This document shows positions 23,816 through 35,639 of a stretch of DNA of 47,691 nt, in pieces. Source of the DNA: Octopus bimaculoides. Lineage: Eukaryota. The notes under the pieces were generated by a model. That model was not told the DNA's origin, did not search any database, and was given only the letters and a program-made list of their open reading frames with translations. Position numbers and translations under genes: made by a program. The stretch lies in the NCBI RefSeq assembly GCF_001194135.2, contig NC_069003.1:5798803-5846493 (forward strand), given 5' to 3'. Position 1 is the stretch's first letter. Every line of letters begins with the position of its first letter.

Positions 23816-24348
23816 AAAAAAAGATATATATGTATATATCCACACAAAAAAAAAAAAGGAATGAGAATAAAGACATTGCATGAAATGCAATAGCAATACG
23901 ATGTGTGGAAGGCTTATCTCAAGCATGGCTGTGTGGTTAAGAAGCTTGCTTGGCAACCACAAGCTTTGGGGTTCAGTCCCACCACACGTCAACATGGATA
24001 TCTGTCTTCTACTATAGCCCCTGGTGAACCAATACCTTGTGAATGAATTTGGTGGACAGAAACTGTAGACTCTGTCATGTAAAGCAGTATGGTTTGATTT
24101 GAGGAAGATTTGGTTTCTATTTCTATAAGGACTAGTTACTCTCTAAAGATCTCCTTTATTAGTTTATACATATATAAAACAGTAGCAGTATGATTTGAAA
24201 AAGATTTGGCTGCTATTTCTAACAGGTCTAGTTATCCTGTAAAGGTCTCCCTTCTTAGATATTATATACATACATAAAACAGTACAATTTGATTTGAGAA
24301 GTTTGGCTGCTCTTTCTATACCATCCAGCTACCAGAGCTGTTTCTTAA

Positions 24349-24571
24349 CTCTTTTGATACCAACCTGCCTGAAACTGCCACTGGTTCCACAATATAAACT
24401 ATTTGTTTTAAAAAGTCCTAAATTAAAACCTTCCATCAAAATTTCATGTGAATTCATGCTCCAGACACCAGCTTAATAATGACAAAGTTATTTGATTAAA
24501 TTCTTCATTATTTTTAAAACTAATTAAAACAGAGGCAATATACTTCATTAAAAAATCTGATAATAAAAGAG
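24349..24571. mobile_element. TTAA-flanked MITE (family G; piggyBac-like termini)
   Basis: TTAA|CTCTTTTGATACC ... TGATAATAAAAGAG|TTAA, i.e. imperfect inverted termini with TTAA on both sides. Internal sequence is shared in reverse with 43573-43796. Confidence 0.65.
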
Positions 24572-24844
24572 TTAATTTGAAAATTTATCAATATTAGGAC
24601 TTTTTTTTTTTTTTGCTTTATTGGCTGGTAAGACGCCCAGCACCCATGGTCCTTGTCAGAGCTTCTGTGACTGGTGGCAAGAATGAAGGGACTTTGCTAA
24701 AGGTACACAAGGTAGTAAAGTTAATTAAACCAGGTGATAGATTAAATCTATTTCCCCCTAAAACATGAACAGTGCTTCACTACAGGCTTCCACATAGTTT
24801 CCATCTTCCGAATTTCATTCTGAAGACTCTTTAGTCAACCCAAG

Positions 24845-25065
24845 TTACATGTGTGGCTGTGTGGTAAGAAGCTTGCTTCCCAACCACATGGTTCCAGGTT
24901 CAGTCCCCACTGCATGGTACCTTGGGCAAGTATCTTCTTCTATAACCTTGGGCTAACGAAAGCCTTATGAGTGGATTTGGTAGATGGAGACTGAAAGAAG
25001 CCTGTCATATATATATATGTATATATCAGTGTGTGTGTGTCTTTGTGTCTGTGTTTGTCCCCCAA
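24845..25065 (+). mobile_element. SINE family A 5' half
   Basis: GTGGCTGTGTGGTAAGAAGCTTGCTTCCCAACCACATGGTTCCAGGTTCAGTCCC...TGTTTGTCCCC. Confidence 0.85.
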
Positions 25066-25385
25066 AGTCCATTTTCCATGCTGGCATTGGTGGGATAGTT
25101 TGACAAAGAGTTGGCAAGCTGGAGAGCTGCACCAGCCCCCATTTGTCTATTTTGGCAAGGTCTCTATGGCTTGATGCCCTTCCTAATGCCAACCACTTTA
25201 TAGAGTATACTGGGTGCTTTGTAGGTGACACCAGCATGAAAGCTTTTTGTGTGACTCCAGCATGGGTGCTCTTTGCATTGCCCCAGCATGGTTGCTCTTT
25301 GCATTGTGCCAGCATGCGTGCTCTTTGTGTTGCCCCAACACAGATGCCTTTTACATGGCACCAGCATAGTTGCTTTTTACATGTG
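25066..25385 (-). mobile_element. SINE family C with about seven internal 26-bp units
   Basis: TTTTCCATGCTGGCAT...GATGCCCTTCCTAATGCCAACCAC, then units TGGGTGCT..T....TG.CACCAGCA every 26 bp from 25211. Confidence 0.82.
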
Positions 25386-25640
25386 TTATCTTTTGCTGAA
25401 CCACTCAGTTACGGGAACACAAACAAACCAACACCAGTTGTCAAGTGGTAGTGGGAGTCACACACATGCACACAACAGTCTTCCACATACTTTCTGCCTA
25501 CCGAATTCACTCACAAAGCATTGGCTGACCCAGGGCTATGATAGTAGGAGACACTTACCCAAAGTGCCACACAATAGAACTAAACACTGCACCTGAAACC
25601 ACAGACTTAGCAAACTTCTTAACCGCGTAGCCTTGCACAG
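25386..25640 (-). mobile_element. SINE family A
   Basis: TTTTGCTGAACCACTCAGTTACGGG...CTACCGAATTCACTCACAAAGC...GGCTATGATAGTAGGAGACAC. Confidence 0.8.
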
Positions 25641-26109
25641 TTTTGTCGAAGATTTCACCAGCTTTCACACTCGTATTCCATAAATTGATCTTGGCTGTTG
25701 AAAAACCATTTCAATTGACCAAACCAATAGGTTTCAACTTATAGATTAATATTATTATAGAAATAAAAAAGATTCTTCCAATATTGAAATGGAATAGTTT
25801 ATTTCTTAAGAATATCAATGATATTTCTTTTTTTTTTTTCTATTATTTTATAGCCAATTTCCTTGTTTTTTATTTAAACAATTTCACAAATGTTAATGCG
25901 CAAGTCTTTAGGACACTTCTGCTTGTAGTGAGGCATTCCAATATCAAATAATCTAAGTGGTTAAATCTGATTTCTTGTGAATTACAGAATATATTTGCAT
26001 CACCAGGATGAGGTGTTGGTGTGAAAAAAAGCAAAAACATGAAGATTTCTCGAGGTGGTGGCAGGTGGGGAGAACAGGCCAGATCTTAATCAAAAGGTTT
26101 TGCTTAAGT

Positions 26110-26330
26110 AACCCTTTAGCATTCAGATTTTTCTATCAAATTAATACTTATTCATCCACATTGTTTTAAATTAATCATATGTTTTATTGCAGCTTTGAGA
26201 ATTTCATGATGTGATTGTTTATCTTCAGAATGGCATTGTAGCATAGGTGTGAAAGGCCAGACCTGGCTAGATTGAACATAAAACAAGGAGAATATTTGGG
26301 TCGGATATGGACAGCTTAAAGGTTAAAGAG
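26110..26330. mobile_element. MITE-like repeat (family F) with TAACCCTTT terminus
   Basis: Starts TAACCCTTTAGCATTCAG; body shared with 4690-5165; right end degraded (AAAGGTTAA). Confidence 0.55.
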
Positions 26331-27334
26331 TAAAACATGTATTGAGTAAAAAAATAAAAAAGAGACAGACTCCTAGTGCGATTTGAACCATGAGCCTAAT
26401 GCTTGTTTGGTAGTTATGTTAGCTTTTACATTTGAAAGTGCCTGCTACTTTATACAATGAGGGAGAGACCTCTACATGGTAGGTAGACTTGTATTATACC
26501 ATACTGTTCTTTGTATGTATGAGCTAGTAAGGAAGACCTTTACATAGGATCTAGTCCTTACAGAAATAGCAGCTAAATAACACATTATTGCTGTAGGTAG
26601 GTATGTGGGGATGGGGTAGGGGCAATGAAGGTGACCTCTGTTTTGGAGCTAGAACTCTTAGAAATAGCAGCCAAATCTCCCCCAAGTCATACCCTGTTGT
26701 TTTACGTGTGTGTGTGTGTGTGAGTGAGCCATTGAGAAATCTCTAATTGGTCATGAGATCTGCTAGAAATAACTGCAAAGTATCCCTAGAGTCATATTCA
26801 ATTATGTTTAATGCTTTTAAAAAGAAGGACACGTTATGTTGGGTATGTAGTCTTTGATATAAAAGCAGATTATCTTAAGGCCTGTTCTATGATAGCAGAT
26901 CTTGTGCTGAACCAGCACAACAATAATCTATTAGAATTAATTACTATTAAAAATTGTCTGTTTTCTCACTCAACTCAGTTTTATAATGTTGAATATTAAT
27001 TTACAGAAAATTCTTAGCAATTAATTCAAAAAGATCTATTTTTAATTATTTGTTAATTTGTAAAAATTTGGATTGAGTAATTTTAAGCAGGTTTGATTTA
27101 AAATATTATAATTTAGCAACAAGTGTCGCAGACTGGAAACCATTCTGAAATTCTTCAATGTCTAAATCTTTGTTATTTCTATGAGACCAAAATAAGTGCT
27201 TCTGTGGTTACTTGTTTTGCTAGAAATAACAGCCAAATGTTCTCCAAATCACACACTATCATCTGTAAAATGAATTTCACATTTAGAATTTATCTGAGAT
27301 ACATTACATCTGAAAGATATGGAGATGGCCATGG

Positions 27335-27503
27335 CTGGCATGGCTGTGTGGTAAGAAGTTTGCTTGCTAACCACATTGTTCTGGGTTCAGTCCCACTGCA
27401 AAGCACCTCAGACAGGTGTCTTCTACTATAGCCTGGGGCCAACCCAAGTTTTGTGAATGAATCTGGTAGATAGAAACTGAGAGAAGCCCATCGAATATAT
27501 ATA

Positions 27504-27544
<41 letters not shown>

Positions 27545-27785
27545 ACATCTGTATATGTCTGCATGTATGTGTGTGTGTCCATGTTTGTCCCCCATCACTG
27601 CTTAACAACTGGTATTGGTTTGTTACGTCCTCATAACAAAAAGAGACTGCAAAAGAGACTGATATAGAATAAGTACACAGCTTAAAAAAGTTCTGGGACC
27701 AATTAATTTGACTAAAACAAAATCTCCTTAAGGCGGTGCTCCAGCATGAGCGCAGTCTAATAACTGAATCAAATAAAAGATAAAC
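27335..27785 (+). mobile_element. SINE family A, full length with internal (TA)/(CA) tract
   Basis: Head GGCATGGCTGTGTGGTAAGAAG...GGGTTCAGTCCC, internal microsatellite, and tail AAGGCGGTGCTCCAGCATG...AATAAAAGA. Confidence 0.9.
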
Positions 27786-28093
27786 GATGAATGGCATTAT
27801 TGAAATTTCAAAGCTATGAGATAATGCATGATTAATTGAAAACGGTGTGAATAAATAGATATTATATTAGAGAAAATAATCTGAATGCTAAACAATTAAT
27901 GTCACTATTGACTGGAATCGGTTGAGCATCTTGCAAAATTCTATCTCTTCTGTAACTGTGTTCAAATCTCACCAGAGTCAACTTTAGCTTTGATTTTCAC
28001 AAAGGCCAATGAAATTAAGGAAATGACTAACTTTTTTAATTTGGTTGATTATATGCTACACATGCAAAAAAGAAAATAATAATAATAATAATA

Positions 28094-28745
28094 AGTTTCA
28101 AATTTCAGTATGAGGCCAGCAATTTTGGGGGAGGGAATAAGTTGATTACATCATCTCCCTGGTGTTTAACTGGTACTTATTTTATTGACCCCCAAAAGAA
28201 TGAAAAGTCAGGTTGACCTCGGTGAAATTTGAACTCTGAATGAAATACTGCTAAGCATTTTGCTTGACGTGGGAACGATTCTGCAAGCTCACCACCTTAA
28301 TAACAATAATAATAATAATAATAATAATAATCCTTTCTACTATAGGCACAAGGCCTTAAAGTTTGGGGGAGGGGACTGGTCGATTACATCAACCTCAGTA
28401 TTCAACTGGTACTTGGTTTATCGACCCCGAAAGGATGAAAGGCAAAGTTGACCTCGGCAGAATTAGAATCCAGAATGTAGCAGCAGATGAAATACTGCTA
28501 AGCATTTCACCTGACGTGCTAATGATTCTGCCAGCTCACCGCCTTATACAAGGCCTAAAATTTTGGGGGAGTTGTTAAGTCACTTACATCAACCCCAGTC
28601 TTCAACTGAGAGTTATTTTATCAACCCCAAAAGGATGAAAGGTAAAGTCAACCTCAGTGGAATTTGAACTCAGAATATAAAGATGGAGAAAATGCTGCTA
28701 AGCATTTTGCCCAGCGTGGTTAAGATTCTGCCAGCTCACTGCCTT
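28094..28745 (-). mobile_element. Chain of three SINE B copies
   Basis: Copies at about 28094-28298, 28331-28545 and 28548-28745, each ending (plus strand) in GCTCAC.GCCTT or similar; two are followed by (AAT)n. Confidence 0.88.
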
Positions 28746-29711
28746 AATAATAATATTAATAATAATAATAATAATGATGATAATACTTGTGGCCTTGTGT
28801 CTATGTTAGAAATCGATACCGTTTAATGTACGATAATGCGATGATGTCTGAAAACATGAGTTTCAGGTTTTTGTGTTTGATCACAACCGCTCTTCAGTTT
28901 CTTTTCATCCACTTTGGGAGTGAAAAGACCTGGAAAAAATCTGTTAATTAAAGTTCCAGAGAGTCTGTTATTATGATCAATAGATAGATATCCCTTTTAT
29001 AACATCCAGAAAAATAAAAGAAAAGAAAATGAAATAAAATAAAACCAAATAAAAAGCTACAATATTCTTATGATGGTAAGTTATTCCTCCCCCAAATTCT
29101 TCTTTGCTGATCTAAGATACTTTGAACTTACATTTGGTAAAATTTTACATTTGTTCATTCATAAAGTTGCTTCATAGCATTATTTACTACAATCACCATT
29201 TAATTTCATTCATTGATCACGTCGATAAATTTTGTAGCAGTATCTCTGTAAAAATCTGCCTCCTACTTCATGCGTTCTTCTTTCGATCCCAATCTCATAG
29301 CGGAAGCATTGTTCATGTTTTGATAAGCGCTACATTGAATATGTGTAATTCTTTGTTTGTTGGCATCTCAGTAGATCAAAGATCAATAAACTGTATATCT
29401 TGAGCACTGCAATCCTTCTTAGATTTTTCAATAAGTAAGTACCATTGTGAGGATGTTTTAAGATCGGTTAGAGTATGCGAAACACCACTGGTTTGTTATT
29501 GATCTGATGAGAATGTAAAGTCTACTAGTGACTTATTGTCTAGCATTGCTTCTGTTGCTGTTTCTAACCATCTTCATTTCTCAAAGACTGCTCTACTTGA
29601 ATCTTTAACATGACACCATTTTCCAACAGCAACAACAACTAGCTTGATCTCGATGCTGTCGAACTTTTTGAATAGGGAACATAAGATGGAAGCTATGTAT
29701 TAATATTAGTA

Positions 29712-29926
29712 GGGCAGCGAGCTGGCAGAATCGTTAGCGCACCGGGTGAAATGCTTAGCGGTATTTCATCTGGCATTACGTTCTGAGTTCAAATTCTGCT
29801 GCAGTCGACTTTGCCTTTCATCCTTTTCAGGCTTGATAAAATAAGTACCAGTTACGCACTAGGGCCAATGTAATCAACTTAACCCCCTCCACCGAAATTG
29901 CTAACCTTGTGCCAACAATTGAAACC
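29712..29926 (+). mobile_element. SINE family B, relatively young (CpGs retained)
   Basis: GGGCAGCGAGCTGGCAGAATCGTTAGCGCACCGGG...GTTCTGAGTTCAAATTC...GTCGACTTTGCCTTTCATCC. Confidence 0.9.
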
Positions 29927-30364
29927 TATATTAGTAGTTGTCCGATCAGATGTGGAGGACATAGGCTTTCTTTCTTTATGTCTGAAGATATCGAAATATC
30001 TTTTCTGTTGATATCCAGCTGACTGAAAGATCAATTAACATATTCAAATACTTGAAACATCACACAAAGCACAAGAATCAACCCCAGCAATCATAGTAAT
30101 TTCTTACTTCTTCTCAGCCATTACTATCCAATAATTTTGTCTCTGTAGTTAAACATCCTATAAATACTGTTTGTTATTTAAGGAAAGTAAAACATTATTT
30201 CTGTTTAAAATATTTATCAATTAAGGTATGTGTTCTCTTCAGTTGTATTAGTCTGTGTATTTTTAATTTGTTCCCTGGTGGAAATAGTAGGGACAGTTTT
30301 GACATGGAGATATGTCTGCAGTATCACCTATGACAGAGCAGTATTCTGGGATGATACTATCCAG

Positions 30365-30515
30365 GGATGTTGGCATTAGGAAGAGCATCCAGCCATAGAA
30401 GCCATGCCAAAACAGTCAATAGACCCTAGAGCAGTTCTCTGGCTAGCCAGCTCCTGTCAAACCATCCAACCCATGCCAGCATGGAAAACAGACATTAAAT
30501 GATGATAATAATAAT
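30365..30515 (+). mobile_element. SINE family C 3' part
   Basis: GTTGGCATTAGGAAGAGCATCCAGCC...CCATCCAACCCATGCCAGCATGGAAAACAGACATTAAATGATGAT. Confidence 0.85.
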
Positions 30516-31088
30516 GTGTTTAAGATTAGATTATCTGATTCATCCTTTCTCTTATTTTTAAGGTGGTATGGTGTGATTTCAGGAAAGTCTAGCTGTTATT
30601 TCTAGCAGTATGAGCTACATGTAGAGAGCACAGTCTCATTATTGTATCTTCATATTTGTTTATACTTTTATTCTTATAATACAAGAGATCAGTAGAAGGA
30701 TATGTCTGGTGTATATTTTGTGGTGTTGAAACTCTGGTGTTAATAATCAAGTCAATACAATGAATAGCCTCTATAAACACTGACCATATTTTAATTGAAA
30801 ACTGAAGTGAAAAGAATAAAAAGAAACACAACAAATTATTCTCCAGAATAATTCAGCAATTACAATTATTTTGTGATTATTTAACATCAACATAAAATAC
30901 TTCATCATTACAACTTTACATTAAATGTTTATAAGTGTGGTAGGAAGTTAATAAGATTATAATTTTTGTTGGTCGTTAATCTAATTTTTAGAGATGAACC
31001 AGTTTTTTTTAATATTTACATCTGTACTAACTTCTGGTTGGTTTAATGTATGGTTGTCATCAGGTGTCTTATTTATGAATCTGTACAT

Positions 31089-31575
31089 CGAGCGAGATCG
31101 TTGCCGGTGCCCCTGGGCTGGCTCGTGTGCGGGCGACACATGGAATCTTTCGGGCGGGATCGTTGCCGGTGCCCCTGGGCTGGCTCTTGTGCTGGTGACG
31201 CATGAAATTTCTTCGAGCGAGATCGTTGCCGGTGCCGTTGAACTGGCTCTTGTGTGGGGTTCTGGGATTTTTCGAGCGGGATCGTTGCTGGTGCCCCTGG
31301 GCTGGCTCTTGTTCGGGTGACACATGAGGTTTCTCGAGCGAGATGAGCGTGGCCTTTGCCAGTACCGCCTGACTGGCCTTCGTGCGGGTGACACGTAAAA
31401 GCACCCACCACACTCTCTGAGTGGTTGGCGTTAGGAAGGGCATCCAGCTGTAGAAACTCTGCCAAATTAGATTGGAGCCTGGTGTTGCCATCCAGTTTCA
31501 CCAGTCCTCAGTCAAATCGTCCAACCCATGCTAGCATGGAAGGCGGACGTTAAACAATGATGATGATGATGATGA
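31089..31575 (+). mobile_element. Young GC/CpG-rich SINE family C copy with five internal 59-63 bp units
   Basis: Units starting CG(A/G)GCG(A/G)GAT at 31089, 31151, 31214, 31273 and 31335, then the family C body and (GAT)n tail. The long ORFs here are by-products of the repeat. Confidence 0.9.
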
Positions 31576-31576
31576 C

Positions 31577-31797
31577 AAAAAGCACCTGTGCTGGCACCAT
31601 GTAAAAGGAACATCCAGTACACTCTGTAAAGTGGTTGGTGGTAGGAAGAGCATCCAGCTGTAGAAACCATGTCAAGACCAGGCAATTGAGGCCTGGTGCA
31701 GTTCTTCTGCTTGCCAGCTCCTGTCAAACCGTCCGACCCATGACAGCATGGAAAATGGGTTAAATGATGATGATGATGATGATGATAATGATGATTT
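31577..31797 (+). mobile_element. Second SINE C copy immediately after the (GAT)n tail of the first
   Basis: GCACCTGTGCTGGCACCATGTAAAAG...GGTTGGTGGTAGGAAGAGCATCCAGC...TAAATGATGATGAT. Confidence 0.85.
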
Positions 31798-32029
31798 CAC
31801 TTGTGTTTGTAGCCTGGTGAATAGGAGTGTTATGACTCTTAGTTGAGAAATAAGGGTTCTTTGTTCAAATCCATTCTGGTTCTATGTATGATATAAAGGT
31901 AATCTCTTATAGTCTCAGAAAGATGGTTTTGTAAGATGCTGCTGAAAAACCTGCACAAATGATTTTGTTTATAGTGATCAAATGTTTGTGTTGTACATTA
32001 CCTCACTCCCCCCAATCAAATCGATGTTA

Positions 32030-32160
32030 CCTGGACAGGTGCACGGGGTACCACACTTCAAGTGATCGCAGAGCAATGTGAAATTAAGTGTTTTGCTCAA
32101 GAACACAATGCACTACCTGGACTAGGGATTGAAACCATGGCCTTGTGGGTGCAACACTAG
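32030..32160 (-). mobile_element. SINE family D fragment
   Basis: GAGCAATGTGAAATTAAGTGTTTTGCTCAAGAACACAATGC...GGGATTGAAACC shared with 15340-15410. Confidence 0.7.
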
Positions 32161-32165
32161 GCTGA

Positions 32166-32560
32166 GAATAATACACCTGATGATGATTAGAGATCAGTAT
32201 AAAGTTGTAATTAAAGATGACTAATTCAAATGAAATTCAATCTATATTAAGTACACAATCCAGGAATAAAACACCTGATGATAGTCGGAAATGATAGTCG
32301 TAAATACTGTATATATATGCTCTAAAGATGACTGGTTCAAATCCAGCCTGGTTCTGTGTACACATCCAGGAATAATACACCTGAAGTCCATAGATCAGTA
32401 TAGATGCCTAATCAAGTTATGGTATGTCCTTGGGCAGGTCCTGCGCTGCATAACCTTCTCCAGCACTCTCTAAATATATATGATAAAGATGACTAGTTCA
32501 AATCCAACTTGGTCCTGTCTACACATCCTGGAATAAAACACTGATGCAGATCAGAGATCA
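32166..32560. repeat. Direct-repeat array with variable spacers
   Basis: GAATAA(T/A)ACAC(C)TGA at 32166, 32264, 32370 and 32531; AAAGATGACT..TTCAAAT at 32213, 32324 and 32485. Confidence 0.8.
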
Positions 32561-32824
32561 GACTGATCAAATCATAATGTAAATGCGAACATCATTTCAT
32601 CAGTAATGACGAAGTTAATTAATTTGCGAAATTATAATCTTATTACAAGTTTCCAGTTATTAGTGAAACATTGCCAAAATATTGTCAGTCTTTTAATAAT
32701 GACAAAATCTTGACATACGATAATGCTGCGCACACCACAGATACATCTCTCCTCTATCTTCCTCAGTTGATCTCTTCTTGCAGACAACATGTCAATATCC
32801 CTAGTTCCTTCTCTGACCACTATT

Positions 32825-32833
32825 CTACCTCTT

Positions 32834-32891
<58 letters not shown>

Positions 32892-32901
32892 NNNNNNNNN
32901 N

Positions 32902-32948
<47 letters not shown>
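32825..32948. repeat. (CT)n microsatellite with a 10-N gap (32892-32901)
   Basis: Direct reading. Confidence 0.95.
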
Positions 32949-32950
<2 letters not shown>

Positions 32951-33381
32951 TTATAATAGTCTGGATCCGAAATATCCCCAGTAGCATTTCATGCGAGTAC
33001 TTGGCTAACAAAATGCCTAAAGGGGAGTACACCCCATTATAGTACACGTCATTAATTAACCACTTTTTGAATCAATAATTAATTAATGATAATTAAACAG
33101 TCTGTAAATCCAAGGATTGTATAACAACAAGGTGTAGTTCATTTATTACAGACTTAGTAATGCTAAATGAATAAGGAATGAAGAGGTTATGTGATGACTG
33201 TTTCTATGAGAATGGTTATTTATTGATTATTTATATGTAACATATGTATGTATGTATATCATATATCAATAAGCCAACAAGTAAGACTCTATATGGTCAC
33301 TCAACTTGCTAGATATAGCAACCAAATATTCCTCAAATCATGCCTACTGCCTTTAAAATTGGACACAGTGGATATTATAGT

Positions 33382-33690
33382 CATCATCATCATCGTTTAA
33401 CATCCATTGTCCATGCTGGCATGGGTTGGACAGTTTGACCAAGGCTGGTAAAATGTGGGGCTGCACCAGACTCCAGTCTGATTTGGCATGGTTTCTATGG
33501 CTGGATGCCCTTCCCAATGCCAACCACCCCGAAAGCGTAACAGGTGCTGTTATGTGCCACTGGCATGGATGCCAGTTGCATGACACCAGTATCTGCCACA
33601 ACTACGATTTCATTGGGTTTGATGGGTCTTCTCAAGCACAGCATATTGCCAAAGGTCTCAGTCACTAGTCATTGCCTCCCTGAGGCCCAC
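33382..33690 (-). mobile_element. SINE family C
   Basis: CATCATCATCGTTTAACATCC...TCCATGCTGGCATGGGTTGGACAGTTTGAC...GGCTGGATGCCCTTCCCAATGCCAACCAC. Confidence 0.85.
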
Positions 33691-33784
33691 ATGCACAGTG
33701 GGATTGAACCCAGGGCCATGTGGCTGGGAAGCAAGCTTTTTAACCACACAACCATGTCTGCACTTATATGATTATTTTTATCTT

Positions 33785-34149
33785 TTAATCTTTTACTTGT
33801 TTCAGTCATTGGACTGTGGCCAAGCTGGAGCACTGCCTTGAAAAATTTTAGTCAAACAAATCAACCCCACTACTTATTTTTTTTAAAGCCTAGTATTTGC
33901 TCTATCAGTCATTTTTTGCCAAACCACTAAGTTATGGAGATGTAAACAAACCAACATAAACACAAGAGCACATGCACACAAACACATGATAAGCTTCTTT
34001 CAGTTTCTGTCTACCAAATCCATTCACAAGGCTTTGGTCAGCCCGAGGCTATGGTAGAAGACACTTGCTCAAGGTGCCATGCAGTGGGACTGAACCCAGA
34101 TCCATGTGGTTGAGAAGCAAGCTTCTTACCACACAACCATGCCTGTACC
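33785..34149 (-). mobile_element. SINE family A, full length
   Basis: TTTTACTTGTTTCAGTCATTGGACTGTGGCC...CTACCAAATCCATTCACAAGGCTTTGGTCAGCCCGAGGCTATGGTAGAAGACAC...CTTCTTACCACAC. Confidence 0.9.
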
Positions 34150-34679
34150 TATCTGAACTTCTGTGAGAGTTTTTTTTTTATATATATATTTTTAGAAGTG
34201 CTTTAATTAAAAAAAAAACTATTAAAAGTATCAGGGTATACTTAGCCTTAAAATAATATACTTAAACCTAGAAAAAAAACAAAACAAAAAAACAAAAGAA
34301 AAAAAAACACAACAGTTATAATTGAAGGAGAATACGTTGAAGAATTTAATTAAAAACTATTAATATTATCATCAAATTATCATCGTTATCATTATCATGA
34401 TTATCATTATCAAATTTATTTACCATTTTTCTCAATTACTTACTGGAATGAAACAAAAGTAGCATCGTGTTCTGCATAAAATATTCCGATGTTGACCCAA
34501 TCACATATTGGATTGGTTTTCTTGGTTCTGACCCATTTTTTTTTTTTTTTTATGTTGGGTAGCAAAAATAATGAGATAGTTCTTCATCTTTAACTGGCAT
34601 TGGTGATGCCAGTTCTATGTAGAACAGATCTATTGATTCCTCTTCAATAATTAAATCATTCTCTTTCCTTTTCTGTTTT

Positions 34680-34719
<40 letters not shown>

Positions 34720-35304
34720 TGTTATACTTGTAATTGTTTTTCCTTTTTATTTTGTTTGTGTGTGTGTATAGCATGGATCTAAATATATTTCTTCTTACCA
34801 AAAGTAAATTTATAACGAGCTTAGAATTAACGATATAATTAGTATTGTTGGGATGTATTCTAACATCATTTCAAAATCACATGATTGCCTTGTTTGCGGC
34901 TGTTGTTGTTGATGATGATGATGATTGCTCTGCCCCCACCCTAATGATTTTTGATTCACCAAACCTCTGGTCAAAGACTTTCTCACTATAACTATTCCAT
35001 CATGTTTTTTTTTTAATTTAAAAAAAATTTTTGCTTTTTTTAGGCATAGTGTATCTAGGGCTACTTGTTTTAATGTGTCTTTCTATTTTTGAAGACAGTA
35101 ATATGTTGTAACTTGAGGGAAATTTGGTTACTATTTCTGGCAGATAAACAGACCACATAGAAGCTTCCTCATTGACTTGTTTTGCTACGGGTCAGCACTG
35201 ATGAAGTTGAACTCTGGTCAAGGACACTCCAACCATGACTGTCTCCTCTATTTCAGACATAGAATAACTAGGACTGCATAGACTAATGTATCTTTGTTTT
35301 TAAC

Positions 35305-35575
35305 GACATCATCATCATCATCATCTTCTAACATCCGTTTTCCAAGCTGGCATGGGTTGGACAGTTTGACAAGGAGCTGGCAAGCTGAAGAGCTGCACCA
35401 GGCTCCAGTTGTCTGCTTTGGCATGGTCTCTATGGCTGGATGCCCTTCCTAATGACAACCACTCTACAAAGTGTACTGGGTGCTTTTCATGCGGTGCTAG
35501 CATCGGTGCTTTTCATGTGGCACCAGCATGGGTGCTTTTTATGTGGCACCAGCAGAGGTGCTTTTTATGCAGTTG
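35305..35575 (-). mobile_element. SINE family C with about 3.6 internal 26-bp units
   Basis: Family C tail, then TGGGTGCTTTT.ATG.GG...AGCA units at 35477, 35503, 35529 and 35555. Confidence 0.85.
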
Positions 35576-35639
35576 TGGAATAGCAGAATTCAGAAAGAAG
35601 GCATTGCTGTAATCATTCTAACTCATTACATTCTGTATG

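Noticed and set aside
16718-23883. 180-258 aa ORFs spanning N-runs
   Set aside because: Length comes from assembly gaps.
27335-27420. tRNA gene calls for SINE heads with A/B-box-like motifs
   Set aside because: No complete cloverleaf; these are tRNA-derived SINE heads.
29100-29690. Possible ancient LINE RT remnant (minus KKFDSIE...)
   Set aside because: Only a weak resemblance to KAFDS, with many stops; cannot be supported.
30981-31501. Four overlapping 108-142 aa ORFs with repeated peptides
   Set aside because: GC-rich VNTR of a SINE C copy; several frames open on both strands and no domain.
32166-32560. CRISPR interpretation of the repeat-spacer array
   Set aside because: Eukaryotic DNA, repeats about 60 bp and diverged, spacers unequal, no cas genes.
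34592-34614. Perfect 9-bp hairpin AACTGGCAT-TGGTG-ATGCCAGTT
   Set aside because: A stem of this size is expected by chance in 47 kb; too short for a pre-miRNA, and intrinsic terminators do not apply here.
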